Below are positions 24,848 through 36,957 of a stretch of 64,000 nt of DNA, one piece after another. Origin of the DNA: Azolla caroliniana (lineage: Eukaryota; Plantae; Polypodiophyta); the NCBI GenBank assembly GCA_043228905.1, contig JBHGNT010000010.1:4836001-4900000 (forward strand). Direction: 5' to 3'. The notes below the pieces were generated by a model. That model saw only the letters and a program-made list of their open reading frames with translations, was not told the origin of the DNA and made no database searches. The first letter of the stretch is position 1, and every line of letters starts with the position of its first letter. Made by a program: the position numbers and the translations under genes.

Positions 24848-26832
24848 TAGTTGAATTTATATTTCTATCATTGTACTTTTACGTGTAAATTCTCATACAT
24901 GAGAGCTAAAATGAGTGACATGGTTATCATGCACCACATGTAATACATAAGCGCCAAATGGCAAGCATGCATTTTATGCATGTCTTGTACCCTCACATGC
25001 ATCATATGCATGAGAGCATCTATAAAAGAAGGAAGGGGGAGGAGAAAAAACGCGTTTTTTTTTGTTATGAAATTAAGAAGAAGAAATTCGTTATCAAATT
25101 GATCGTGTAACTTGTTTCTTAAATCCAAAGATAAAAGTTCAATCAATCTCTCTCAATCGTTTAATCTCAACTTCTCTCTTTCCCAATCTATCTTAAGTAC
25201 TTTCTCGCCAAAGCTTGCGCCAAAGCTTGTACCGACTTTGAATCCTTCCGTTCGAGAACCCCGGCGGTTCCGCCTCACGATCCGCACGTAGTGACGGATC
25301 TTCACGACAGTGCACCGGAAGATCAACCAGAGGCTGAAGCAGAAGATCGATTATTTTGATCATCTGCACCGGGACTATAAGCAGTTGGAGGCGGAGTATA
25401 AGCAACAGCATGAAAGGATGGCCGAGCTCCGGCAAGAAGTTGATAGGGCCAGAATGGCACTCGCCGATGAACGAGCTTAGAGATCAAAGCTATTGGAGGA
25501 AGCGACGATGGACCGGATGGACCTCCACAAACAGAACCATGAAGAAAAGGAAAGGGCGACAATGGTATTACAGAGGTTGCAAACAACCTATCAAAGTCAA
25601 TTGTCGCATTATAGGGAGCAGGAGGCGGACATGGTCAAAATCATCAAGCAATTGAAAGAGGAGCGACAAGCCGCAGAGAACAAATCACGGATGGGAACCG
25701 AACGGATCCAGTGCATCCTCCGAGCATGGCTCACCAAGACCAAACGCTTGATTGACGAGAGCTCTGTGCAATGGTGGACGAAATGGGCGCAAAATACGGC
25801 GGAACTCCAATTGCTCAGGGTGGACGTGGAAAACCGGCGGAAGGAAGGTGATGATTGTTATACGCTGACATCGGAGGACTTCACTGCCATAAGGGATGAG
25901 TTGGCCGAAGATTTCACAGCCTTGGCGGATGAACAATTGGTGCAGGTCCGATAGCTCATAGCTCAACTGGACGACGATCGGCTGGAGGCTCAAATCTAGT
26001 TTGAGAGCTATGAGCAGTCCCGGCTCCGGGAAGAAAAAGCAAGGAAGGCGGCAACAGTGATGAAGAACCGTCGCCGGTACAAGGACCAAACGGGGACTAG
26101 GCCGGGATCAGTCAGCCAACGACAACTCCGACGGAGGAGACAACGAAGGAAACGCCGGTGCCAGAGCAACAAACGGAGCAGCAGCCCCAAATGGAGAAGG
26201 CACAAACAGAGCAACCACCGCAGCAGCCACAAACGGAACAGTAGCCACAACAGCAGCAGCCAAACCAGCAACAATAGATTCCCGACGAGCCATTGGAAAT
26301 TCTGGAGCAAAGCATTCTGGACATTTTGGACGAAGAGTAGCAGGGCCGGATAATGGGTTCAATGTACAAGGTACTGTCCCACGGGCGTGCCATGTGTTAC
26401 CCGGCCGGCATGTCCAGACCAGAGTGTGAAAGGAATAGTTTATTCGGGAACTGTTGTAATTATTTTATTAATATGGACGGACAGACCGGAATCAGTATGC
26501 CGATCCGGATCCGGACCGATTCTGAATAGGTGCCGGTTGGCACCGTTTTGTACTTCGCACCGGAGACCTATATAAAGGCCCGGTTACAATGTAATTAATA
26601 GCGGATAATTAATAGAACTTATTTCCTTAACCTTTCACTATTGATTACCGTTCTGTGCTTATTGCATATCTTACGCGTGTTAATGATGTATTGTTAAGTA
26701 ACCAATTAAGGTCTAATTAAGGTCTAATTAAGCGTTGTGTCGCAAGTCATCTTGTTGTAACACCCTTTGGTGAAGTGTCTTAAGTGGACACCCTGTGTTA
26801 GGCTGTTGTCCAGCCCTAGGATTAACAAAGCC

Positions 26833-27853
26833 AGATTCTAGTCGTTGATACTAGAAGGCCTCGCCGACGTACGGTTGAGGAAAGAGGAAGTGGACCACGC
26901 AGAAAGACGGGTCTAGGAGGCAACCGGGTGGAGCGACCTAGTCGAGGAGAAGACGGGCTTTGTTGAAGATGGGCTTCGTTGAAGCCGCTTGCCAAAACTA
27001 CGAGGTTCTGGTGGAGGACAAGCGTGCGGGTAAGACCGGAGGGGCCGGACCCTCACAACGGTATCGGTTCGGGCAAAAGCAGAATGATGCTGGTGCGACC
27101 GGCGCACCGGATAAAGCCAAGAGGGTCGGGTACCGATTGCGCACGGAGATCGAGAGGACCACAAACCTACGAAAGGTCCTCGAGGAACATATCCTCAACA
27201 ACAAAGTGGAGCTATCACTGAGGGAAGTGCTCGGAATCGCCAAGAAGGAGTTCCACGACTCCATCGTGGACTTGATGAAGTAGAAAAGGCTTTCGACAGA
27301 GCTGGAGCCGGAGAAGCCGGTGGAGGTGCGAACGATGCACCTAGAAGACACGGCTCTAGAAGATGAGTTGACCGAGAGCCACTATTCAAGGCCACATTGG
27401 GCCAGAGCAACCATGGAGACCCCCGTTAAGATCAGAGATGTTCAAGAGCCCGTGGTGGCGTTAGTGGACCACGGTTCAGAAATCAACTTGATGTCCACAG
27501 TCTTCTACAAGAAAGGGAAGTGGCCGATCAACACCAAGTACGGGTGGAAAATACGGGCAACAACGCGCGCCACAGAAGAGCTGCATGCAGCCTGCCCGAA
27601 TGTACGAGTGAAAATCGATGATGTTGAGATCGATCAGCACTTCTTTGTGCATGAGACGTCCTTGCATTCGGTTATACTCGGGGAACCGTACATCACAGCG
27701 GCACAGATGGAGACAAAGGTGCTGGACAACGGTTCGGGATATGCACGAATCAAGAGCCAGGATGGGTGTCACTCGGTCCAATTACTGACAGTGTGACCGA
27801 ACCATGAGCGTAACCGCGAGACCCTTGGTGCCGAAAACCGAGGGGATTTTTAG
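26833..27853 (+). pseudogene. Gypsy A gag C-terminus and aspartic protease
   Basis: Protease LVDHGSEIN. The frame ends at GAT TTT TAG. Confidence 0.85.
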
Positions 27854-27898
27854 AGAGGGCTATCAAGGCCTGGGGCCACGATAGTCCGGACACCCCGG
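27844..27898 (+). promoter_or_regulatory. Predicted -1 ribosomal frameshift signal (G_GAU_UUU plus pseudoknot), element A
   Basis: The gag-PR frame stops right after the heptamer and the -1 frame is open into pol. Stem GGGCTATC/GATAGTCC, with loop TGGGG able to pair with CCCCG. Conserved in element H at 47245-47299. Confidence 0.75.
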
Positions 27899-30800
27899 AA
27901 AAACCCCACAAATGTACTATAGGCAAAAAGACCTGTACCATAGGTAGGAAATTTTGGTTCTCTGATAGCGGAGGTTGTATGATAGCCGGCATAGTTGGCC
28001 GGGAAAAGAAGCGGGCGGAGGAGCGACTTCGGGCATGCGGTGTCCTTGGCCCTGAAGAGGAAATCAATGGAGCCGTGGAGGCGATCTCTTTCGATGACAC
28101 CTTGGGGAAGTTACAGGAGGTGTTTAGAGAAGGCCTTAATGAGGACTGGACGATTCCGGTAAGTTCGGAAAAGATGTACAAAGTCATTGCCAACTTCGGT
28201 AATGGACTCGAGTCGGATCGGACGGCCCGAGTGGATGCGAAGAAACAGACTGTGGACCGGAAGGTGAGGCCAATCGCGACACCCTTGCCGAAGGGCAGCG
28301 AGTTATGGATAAAGGGGGTCACGTCGGACCCAACTTTTCGAGATCCGTCCAGCATAGGACACACGTTCACCAACATAGGACACACGTTCACCCAAGATCG
28401 GTGGGGTGACTTTCTATTGCTGGTGGAAGAGGACCGGTTTCGGAGGATGCTCGGGAGGAAGGCGAAGGCTTTCGCATTCTCACCGGAGGAGATCGGGTGC
28501 GTAGACCCGATGGTTGTGGAACCAATGGTGATCTTCATGGTACTGCATGTGCCATGGAATCTCAAACCGATTCCGGTACCCAGAGCTCACATCCCGAAGT
28601 TGATGGAGCTACTGAAACAGAAGGTGGAGATGGGCATCCTCGAACCGTCGAGTGCCCCATACTCAAATCAGTGGTTTACCGTGCCAAAGAAGAACGGCAC
28701 GTTGCGCTTTATTCAAGACCTGCAGACGGTCCACAAGGTGACCATTCGGAATGCACGAATCAGACCGACCATAGACGAGTTCGCGGAGGCATTCGCCGGA
28801 AGGTTGATTTACTCAGTCGGTGATCTATACTCGGGGTACGATCAGTTCCAACTAGCCGTGGAGAGCAAGGACATTACGACGATGTGGACTCCTCTCGGCC
28901 TAGTACGGATGTGTACCCTTCCTCAAGGAGGGACGAACTCGGCAACCCACATGGTGAACGCAATGAGCAAAGTGCTGAGGGATTGTATCCCGGGCATCAC
29001 CATGCCATTCTTAGACGACATCCCGATCAAAGGATGTCTGGTGGAGGACAAGGACGAGTCAGTCGGGCCCGACGGTTGCCGGAGGTTCGTGACGGATCAC
29101 ATCCGCGACTGCGAGAAGGTGCTACAAAGACTCGAGAGCGCGCGACTCACCTTCTCTGGAGAAAAATCCGCCTTCAGACAGCCAGAGATCCTGATAGTCG
29201 GACACCTATGCGGGCCTTACGGCCGGAAGCCGTCCCCGGCGAAGGTAGAGCCCATCTCCGCGATGAACCAAGACTGCAATTCGGTTACGGAGGTTCGGAG
29301 ATTCCTAGGGGCATGTGCGTTCTACCACTTCTGGATCCCGCATTACGCCCACGTCGCGGAGCCACTCTATGGGTTGCTAAAGAAAGGGCGTATATTCGAG
29401 TGGAGAGACGAGCATACAGAGTCGATCCGAAAGATGAAAGAAGCACTTGTCGCGGCATCGACGCTCCGAAAGGCTGTCTACGGCAAATACACTCCGATTT
29501 ACGTGACCGTAGACACGAGTCCGACCGGGATCGGATGGGTGATCAACCAAGAGAATGACGAAGACGCGAGGTTCCCCATCCGGTTCGGCGCGAAAGTCCT
29601 CAGTGAGCAACAACGAGGATACGCCCAGGTTAAACGTGAACTCTGGGGTATCGTTTCGGTGGTCAAGGCCGATAAAGACTACCTGATCGGGACAGAGGTG
29701 ATAATCAAGGCAGACTGCCTGCCGATTCTCGGCATGGTTTCCGAATGCGCGACGCCTGACCTGGCAATGCTCAGGTGGATAGCATACATCAAGTCCCTGA
29801 ATCCAGAAATACGACACATTTCGAGGGCGAGGTTTGATGACGAGGACGGCATGGTTTCAAAGGACAAGGAAGTCGATGTGGACTTCTTCAAGGTGGCTTA
29901 CGTAACAACAAGAAGGGGGAGCACTCTGGTGCTTAACGAATTCAACGAGAGCAAGTACGACGGGGAGTGCCTCCAGATCGACGGGTTCCTGAAGACAATG
30001 ACACCGGACGCGGAGTGGACGAAGGAAGAGACCAACCGGATTTGGAAGAAAGCATACCGATTCTTCCTATGGGACAGGAGCATATGGAAGCACCCGAAGA
30101 AGAGAAACAACATCCCGCTCCGAGTAGTGGCGAAGAAAGAGGAACAGGAAGAATTGCTGACAGCATACCATGAGAGTCCCTGGGCCGGGCACCGCGGGAC
30201 GTGGGCCACATTCGAGAAGCTAAAGGGGAAGTACTCGTGGTTGGGACTATATCGGGACGTGCATTGGTTCGTGACGACTTGCGAAAACTGTCAGGTGCAC
30301 TCCATAGTCCAACATCGGGACGAGCTTCACAGGATCTACCCTCTGACCGTCCACTTCAAGTGGATGGTGGATGTGGTGGCGATGCCGATGGGGGTAGGGC
30401 AGATGCAGTATCTAGTATTGGCTCGGGAGGACCTGACGAACCAGGTGGAAGGCAAAGCGTTGCAGAACAAAACGACCGCGGCTGTGTGCCGATTTCTGAT
30501 CGAAGCAGTGGTATGCCGGTACGGGTGCGTAGGTAAGATCGTGGCCGACCGCGGAGAATTGGACGCGCAAGAGGCGGAAGAGCTATTTGACCGGCTAGGA
30601 ATTAAACTCTCGCTCACAACAGCGTACAATCCAGAGGCTAACGGGAAGGTGGAACGCGGACACGGGCCGATCATCAAAGCGTTAGTACGGGCGTGTGGAG
30701 GCCAAGTCAGGAACTGGCTGCGGCTCTTACCCTATGCGTTGTGGGCAGACCGAACTACGCACAATTCGGTAACCGGGTTCATGCCCGCAGAGCTAATGTA

Positions 30801-31308
30801 CGGGCAGAAGCCGATCATGCCAACAGAGCAGACAATCTCCTCATGGGCCATGGTGGACTGGAAAGATGAGATGAGCCAAGAGGAGCTGTTAGAGGCACGG
30901 ATTCGACAGCTGGAGCAAAGACCGGAGGACGTGGACCGAGCCGCGGAGAAGCTACGGGTGGCGAGGGTAAAGAACAAAGGACGGTTTGACTGGACTCACT
31001 GACTGAGAGGTCCGAAGAAGATCGAGGAAGGCAATTGGGTTCTAGTGTATGACAGTAGCCTCAACAACCAGCACAGGGCAATGCGAAAGTTTGCAAGAAG
31101 GTGGTTCGGGCCTTATGTGGTGACAAGCGCCAATGACAATGGGACCTACGACCTCGTGGAGCTCGACGGGACAAGGATGGCGGTACCGGTGGCGGGGAAA
31201 AGGATCAAAGCATTCAAAAAATGGCATGAGCCTGAACCGAACCCGAACGACCTGGATGGTGACAACGACTGGCTCGGAACGGATGACGATCCAGAGGACG
31301 AAGGATAA
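27850..31308 (+). pseudogene. pol: Gypsy A pol (RT-RNase H-integrase)
   Basis: 1007-aa ORF 27979-31002 with FLDD, DTSPTGIG, GHRGTWAT and ADRGE; GPY module at 31045-31308. Confidence 0.93.
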
Positions 31309-31383
31309 GCGTGGGTCGGTCTTCTCCGGCAAAGACTCTAATTTTGGCACATACCGGTGGATGCACGGTTAGGTGGGGGCAGA

Positions 31384-32049
31384 TGTCGTGGAGAAAACCT
31401 TCCCCAGGCGGAAACCGGGTATAACGTGCGTAAATCGGCCCTTACACGTGGGCGCAAGTTTTGTTGTATAGTACATAGATAGGTACAAGTTGGCAAAGGT
31501 GAAATCCTAGGTAGCATGCATTCATTAGGGAGAAAATCGAGGCGTATCCCCGTCCGAAAGGACAGGGAATAAACATGATGTAACGGGTGGTAACGACCTC
31601 CCTCCTTGGGCTATAAAATAGAGCCCAAGAGGTAATGTGTAGAGGATCACGTTTTTGTGGAGGACGAAGTGCTGCCAGACTGGAACCAAGCTCTTCTCCT
31701 CTGTCTTCTCCGTAGTTGTTCTGTGCAGGTTTCGGGAGGCTGACTCTGCTCTGCGGAACGCTCGAGTGCTTCCGGTAGAGTCTCCATCTCCCGTTCTCTG
31801 TGTGTGTGTGCAGGCGTCGGAGCCTATCACTCGCCGGCTTGTCGGTTGTAACCCCTTGATTTATATATATGCATACATTCATTCGGTCTCCATTGTTCGG
31901 AGTTAGTTGCAACTCCTGTGAATCCGTGTGTTTGTGCGCGTGCGGAGTACATTGGTAGTTTCCTTCCCCTCGTCTCATTCGGTTATTTCTCGGTCCAATG
32001 CCCCCGTGGTCCCGCCTCGTTCTCCACGCACGTGCGTAACAACGCGACA
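31384..32049 (+). repeat. 3' LTR of Gypsy A
   Basis: Direct repeat of 6858-7521. Confidence 0.93.
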
Positions 32050-33791
32050 ACGTAATGACGTTGGCTGATTAGTATGCCCTCGGGGGTGCGGATCACTTCG
32101 ATCCTGAGGAAGTAATGAAGGCCACCCAGATCCTTCATGTTGAATGATGCCGCAAGCTGGAGCTTTACGCGGTCAATTTCACCTAGGTTGGCGCCGGTAA
32201 TTGCCAAGTCATCAACATAAAGTAAACTACTAACCGGCCCGAGTCGACCTTTTTGGATGAACAGTGAGGAGTCTGATTTTGACGTTGCAAAACCTATCCG
32301 ACGCAATCATTGCCTGATCTTTGCGTTCGAGGCACGCGAGGTTTGCTTTAGTCCGTAACGGGACTTCTTCAACCGGCACACCACCGAAGTGTTCGTTCCG
32401 GAGTGAAATCCGGGGGGTTGTACCATGTACACCTGTTCCTCAAGCTCACCTTGCAGGAACACATTCTTTACATCCATCTGATGTAAGTGCCACCCCTTTG
32501 CCGCAACTACCACGAGCAAAACACGGATGGTCGTCATCTTCGCGACCGGTGCAAACGTCTCATCGTAGTCGATGCCGTGTTGCTGCGCGTAACCTTTTGC
32601 TACTAACCAAGCCTTGTATCGGTTGACCCAACCGTCAGTGTTGTACTTGACCTTGTACACCCACCTACATCCGATCGGCTTCACACCCTTCGGTGCGTCA
32701 ACTACGTCCCAGGTTTCATTTTGAGCCAATGCGTGCATCTCTTCCTCCATTGCGGCACGCCAATTTACGTCTTTCGCTGCTTCTGCGTAGCTCTCTGGCT
32801 CACGTACTTCCGCTACACGCGTCATGTACATATAGTGATGCGCCATGTACTCGTTGTATCCGAACCGCACAATAGGGTTCTTCTAGCGGGTAGATCAGCG
32901 TAATTGTTCATTAGCCGATGTTGAGGCTTTCTTAGCCGACGCGGACTTCTCTCTCGAACACCTGTCATCACTTCCCTCAGAGTCAGACTTGCGTCGATCC
33001 GACTCATTCCTATCCGTGCCATAATCCAACACCTTCTTCTTCCCTTTTTCCTTGTGTGTAAGCCGTCTCCTCAGCTTCCTGCGTGGGGAATGCACGATCG
33101 AGTCTCCACTACTCATCGGCTCTACATTGGATTGGTCGAACTGACTCAGTCGTCCATTCAGTCCCCTTAACCGAAACGAAATTGAACTCTCTTCGTGGAT
33201 CTCGATTTCAGGCTCATCTGGAGGCATCTTGGCCTCGCTGACCTCATGGTCAAAACTCAGATTGGAGGTGAGGTCCGGAGTCGAAGGCAAGTACTAGGAC
33301 GCAGACTCGTCAAACACAACGTCGCGGCTCACGCGCACTTGTTTGGTGCGAGGGTTATAACACTTATAACCCTTCTGCTCGTCCGAATAGTCGACCAAGG
33401 TACACTTCTCAGCTTTCGCATCCAACTTCCTCTGTTTCTCCTTCAACACATGCACATACGCAATGCTACCGAAAACTCTCAAGTGTGGTAGATTCGGCTT
33501 CCTTCCGAAATACTACTCATGCGCCGACACTTTGTCTCCGATCCGATTCTGGATGTATATTGCGGTTCGTACCGCCTCGGCGCAATAGAACATGGGCAAG
33601 CTCTTTTCTTCCAACATTGCCCGCGGCGCTTCCACAACCGACAAATTTTTCCTTTCGACCACGCCGTTTTGCTCTAGCGTATATCTGCAGCTGAATTCGC
33701 GTCGAATTCCCATCTATTGCATATACCTGTTGAATTGACCGGCAAAGTACTCTTTTCCGCCATCCAACCGCAAACACTTGATCTTTGTTTC

Positions 33792-34689
33792 TGTTGGGAG
33801 ACAGGTCCCTCCGGATGGGAAGGGAGAAGACCGGATGAGGAGTACCCGGCTATGGAGAGCCGGATGATGCAGACCCGGTGAAGACCGGATGAGGAGTACC
33901 TGGCTACGGAGGGTCGGATGGTGCAGACCCGGTATGAACCGGATGAGGAGTACCTGGCTACGGAGAGCCGGATGATGCAGACCCGGTGAAGACCAGATGA
34001 GGAGTACCTGGCTACAGAGGGCCGGATGGTGCAGACCCGGTATGAACCGGATGAGGAGTACCCGGCTACGGAGAGCCGGATGATGCAGACTCGGTGAAGA
34101 CCGGATGAAGAGTACCTGGCTACAGAGGACCGGATGGTGCAGACCCGGTATGAACCGGATGAGGAGTACCCGGCTACGGAGAGCCGGATGATGCAGACCC
34201 GGTGAAGACCGGATGAGGAGTACCCGGCTATGGAGAACCGGATGAAGAGACATATTCGTAAATATGTTTCTGATAGTCCATCGAGGCTATATTTATAAAT
34301 AGCCGAAAAGTCATATTAGTATAAATATGACTTAGGGCAAACTTTTAGTTGTTGTCATTTCTGTTTTGCATGAGATCAGTGTGCGTAACTGTACACAGAG
34401 AGAGAGAGAGAAAGAGGTCGTTGCCTCTGTTGTAACCGCCGCCTGTGGCGAAGATCTGTGAGCATGAGGTTGGTGCCTAAGTGAACTCACTGTTGTATAT
34501 TCTTACATAGTGACAGTTTGCAGCCTGTGGGCTGCCGTGGTTTTTCCCCTAGTTTGGGGTTTTCCACGTAAACCTCCTGTGTATCCTCCTCTTCTTCTAT
34601 TCGTGTTTTATTTCCCATTTTTTTCTGTGTATCATTCTAAGCTTGGTTGTGGCCGAGCGTTGCGCATAAGGAACGACCAGTTCCCGTCA
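33792..34689 (+). mobile_element. Copia-family solo LTR inside the element D integrase
   Basis: TGTTGG...CCGTCA ends and TSD GTTTC/GTTTT. The host frame VERETETKIKCLR is restored. Homologous to the LTR of element E. Confidence 0.92.
33831..34246 (+). repeat. 54-bp tandem repeat (~7.7 copies) with 108-bp alternation in U3
   Basis: CCGGATGAGGAGTACC recurs every 54 bp. Units alternate between GGTGAAGA and GGTATGAA variants. Confidence 0.9.
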
Positions 34690-36531
34690 GTTTTTGTTTC
34701 CCTCTCGACGAAACTCTTGAGGTCTCGGAAACAGTTGAAGACTTCACTCTTCTTCTCAATGAGGTAGATCCACGCATGCCGCGTATAGTCGTCGATGAAG
34801 GAGACAAAATATCAACTCCCGCCAAGACTAGCGTTCTATGTTGGCCCCCATACATCGGAATGTATCAAGTTGAGCTTGTTCTGGCTCCGGTTACACTCGT
34901 TGGGGAAAGGAAGTCAGGGTTGCTTCCCTAGCTGGCAAGCTTCACAAATTTCTGCCTTCCGGCCACTAAATTTGGGCATTCCGAACACCACCTGTTTCGA
35001 TTGCAGGTCCTGAAGCCGTTGATAGTTGACGTGGCCTATTCGCTTGTGCCATAAGTCGATATCTGACTCGATTTTTTGTCCTTTCGTGAACATCACGGTG
35101 CCACTGTCACTAGAGTCAAGAATAAACATCCTCCCGTCTCTACGCCCTTGCGCAATAACTCGGCCTTCTTCCTCAATGAAGCACCCGAGATGCGTGAACC
35201 GGACTTGCATCCCCTGGTCGACGATCTGCCTGACCGACACCAGATTCTTTGTTATTGTCGGGACGTGTAACACGTTCATGAGTTTCCCTTTCTACCCAAT
35301 ATGGCTTAGGGGAACTTCACCGACATTCACAATCGGATGCAGAGTGTCGTCTCCGGTTGCGACTACTCCCGGTTGCATCGGTATCTCAAGGTATGACAAC
35401 CACTCCTTCTGGCACGTCATGTGGTTTGACGCGCCGGAGTCCACGTACCACACCTCGTCCGTTTTCGGGGTGGACTTCTTCATTGAGTTCTCTTCATGTC
35501 TCGTCACGAAGGTTGACCCTTTTCCGGCTTTTCCGAATCCTTCGGCGTAGTGCGATCGCTACCGATTACCTTGTCGGTTTGTTCGGATCCGGTCCTCTCC
35601 AAATCGGCGCGCTTCTTCCAGCACTCGCTCTCCTTGTGGCCTTTCTTGCCATAGTACCAGCATTCCGTGGTGGGTTTCCCTTGTCGGTTCTCATCGCCTC
35701 GACTCCCCTTGTTTCCTGAGGGTCTGGAATTGTTGTCGGCATCACTTTGGTGCCTTCTTCCTTGATCCCATCGGCCGCCTCCATTGCACACCGACTCGCC
35801 TTGTCCGCCGCGACCACATGTCCTATCTCCCTCCGTGTACAACATCTTGCTATTGGTGTGTGTGCTCGTCGACGCACCCACATGGTTCTCCTCTATAAGG
35901 AGCATCGATTGTAGGTCGAAAAACGACAGTGTATTCTCCCATGTACACACAGCAGTTCGGAATGCTCCAAACTTCGACACCAATCCCCCAAGACAAATTT
36001 GCACCATCTCGCCTTCCTCGACGTTCACATCGATAGAGGCTAAGGAGTCACATATCTCTTTGATCTTCGAGGTGTAATCAGCCACCGACAAGTCGTGTTG
36101 TCGTAGGTTGCTCAGCTCCTGTCGAAGTTGAAGCTTCCTGGCTGTAGTGCTTGCGGCGAAAATCTTCTTCAGATTTCCCCAAGCATCTTTCAGCGGTTTT
36201 GCATCCCAAATGTAGCTTAGGAGTTGTTCGCCCACACAAGATGCGAAGCAGTACAGTATTGTGCTCATCGACTGTTCCCACGCCTGGAAATCTCCGTGTG
36301 TCGATTCGGGTGCTGTGTCATTTGCTCCGTCGACATAGCTCCAGTAATCGTGCCTGAGCAAGTACTAGTGCATCTTGTAGGACCAAGACGCGTAGTTGCT
36401 TCTGTCGAGCTTCTCCGTTGGAAGCGAGCTAGCCATTCCTCTATCCATCTGTTTTACCTGTTCTTCTTGGTTGATTTTCCTTTCAAGCTATGTCGGCTGC
36501 AGAGATTCTCAACCCTCGCTCTTTGATACCA

Positions 36532-36952
36532 TGTAAAGAATAGTGTGCGGAAGCAAGTAGAAAACCGAACACAGAAAATACACAGGTTTAATGGAGAGCT
36601 TGAATATACATAGTATGCGGGAGAGACACAAGGAAATTCAATTCAAAATAATTCTCAATCTATACATAGGATGTGCTCAGTGAGCACTTTTATACAAGTC
36701 CATATGGACTGGCAGAAGTACTGACACGTACTTCAATGCTCATAAATGAGCTCTACACTAACTCCCAAAATATATTCCTACTCGGAATATCTTTCCAATG
36801 GCCTCGCGGTTTACGCATCGCTACGCCATCTCGTTGCCCACCGGTTTACGCACCCGGTTTACGCACTAGACCGGCCTAATTGATCGATCCCAACCGATTT
36901 GGTTCTCGGTTTGCACAGCCGATCCGGCCAATGTTGAGCTTGTATCTCAACA
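36532..36952 (-). repeat. 5' LTR of Copia D
   Basis: TG...CA ends with the Met PBS adjacent. Confidence 0.85.
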
Positions 36953-36957
36953 ATGAC

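Larger units (their letters stand above)
17187..25309 (+). mobile_element. Ty3/Gypsy element C (tRNA-Trp primed), the innermost element of the nest
   Basis: LTRs 17187-18270 and 24131-25309. PBS 18279-18295. PPT GGTTTGGTGGGGGTGGA at 24114-24130. 4-bp TSD GCGC/GTGC. Confidence 0.94.
15752..26340 (+). pseudogene. Additional 3' ORF of Gypsy B (15752-17186 plus 25310-26340), split by element C
   Basis: Sense-strand fragments 15852-16304, 16352-16906 and 25493-25954 lie between the integrase and the 3' LTR. The frame DRAHRKIN is restored across the C insertion. Coiled-coil-like and Q/P/E-rich. Confidence 0.7.
8668..26827 (+). mobile_element. Ty3/Gypsy element B (non-chromovirus, Athila/Tat-like) with an extra 3' ORF; hosts element C and a solo LTR
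   Basis: LTRs 8668-9103 and 26395-26827 (TGTTA...TAACA). Perfect 5-bp TSD AAGCC. PBS TGGCGACCAC at 9111-9120 (tRNA-Arg-like). Domain order PR-RT-RH-INT. Confidence 0.93.
6858..32049 (+). mobile_element. Ty3/Gypsy element A (tRNA-Trp primed), degenerate; hosts element B
   Basis: LTRs 6858-7521 and 31384-32049 (TGTC...GACA). PBS TGGTGAACTCGACGTGA at 7526-7542. PPT near 31367-31383. 4-bp TSD ATGT/ACGT; removing the insert restores the host frame HYVLSMLFKF. Confidence 0.93.
32054..36420 (-). pseudogene. Copia D gag-protease-integrase-RT, degenerate
   Basis: Motifs WYVDSGASNHM, WHKRIGH, DGGKEY, QNGVVER, QMDVKNVFL and LYVDDL. Confidence 0.92.
5545..36952 (-). mobile_element. Ty1/Copia element D (minus strand), degenerate; hosts Gypsy A and a solo LTR
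   Basis: LTR homology between 5545-5730 and 36532-36699. Met PBS at 36518-36531 (minus). Gag 36361-35504, protease WYVDSGASNHM, integrase, RT 32870-32050, RNase H 6513-6100. Degenerate TSD GGGAC/ATGAC, and the F2 RT resumes at 36958. Confidence 0.88.

Noticed and set aside
33714-34253. 179-aa repetitive minus-strand ORF, and the array's CRISPR-like look
   Set aside because: The ORF is a by-product of a 54-bp (multiple of 3) U3 tandem repeat. There are no unique spacers and no cas genes, and the context is a eukaryotic LTR.
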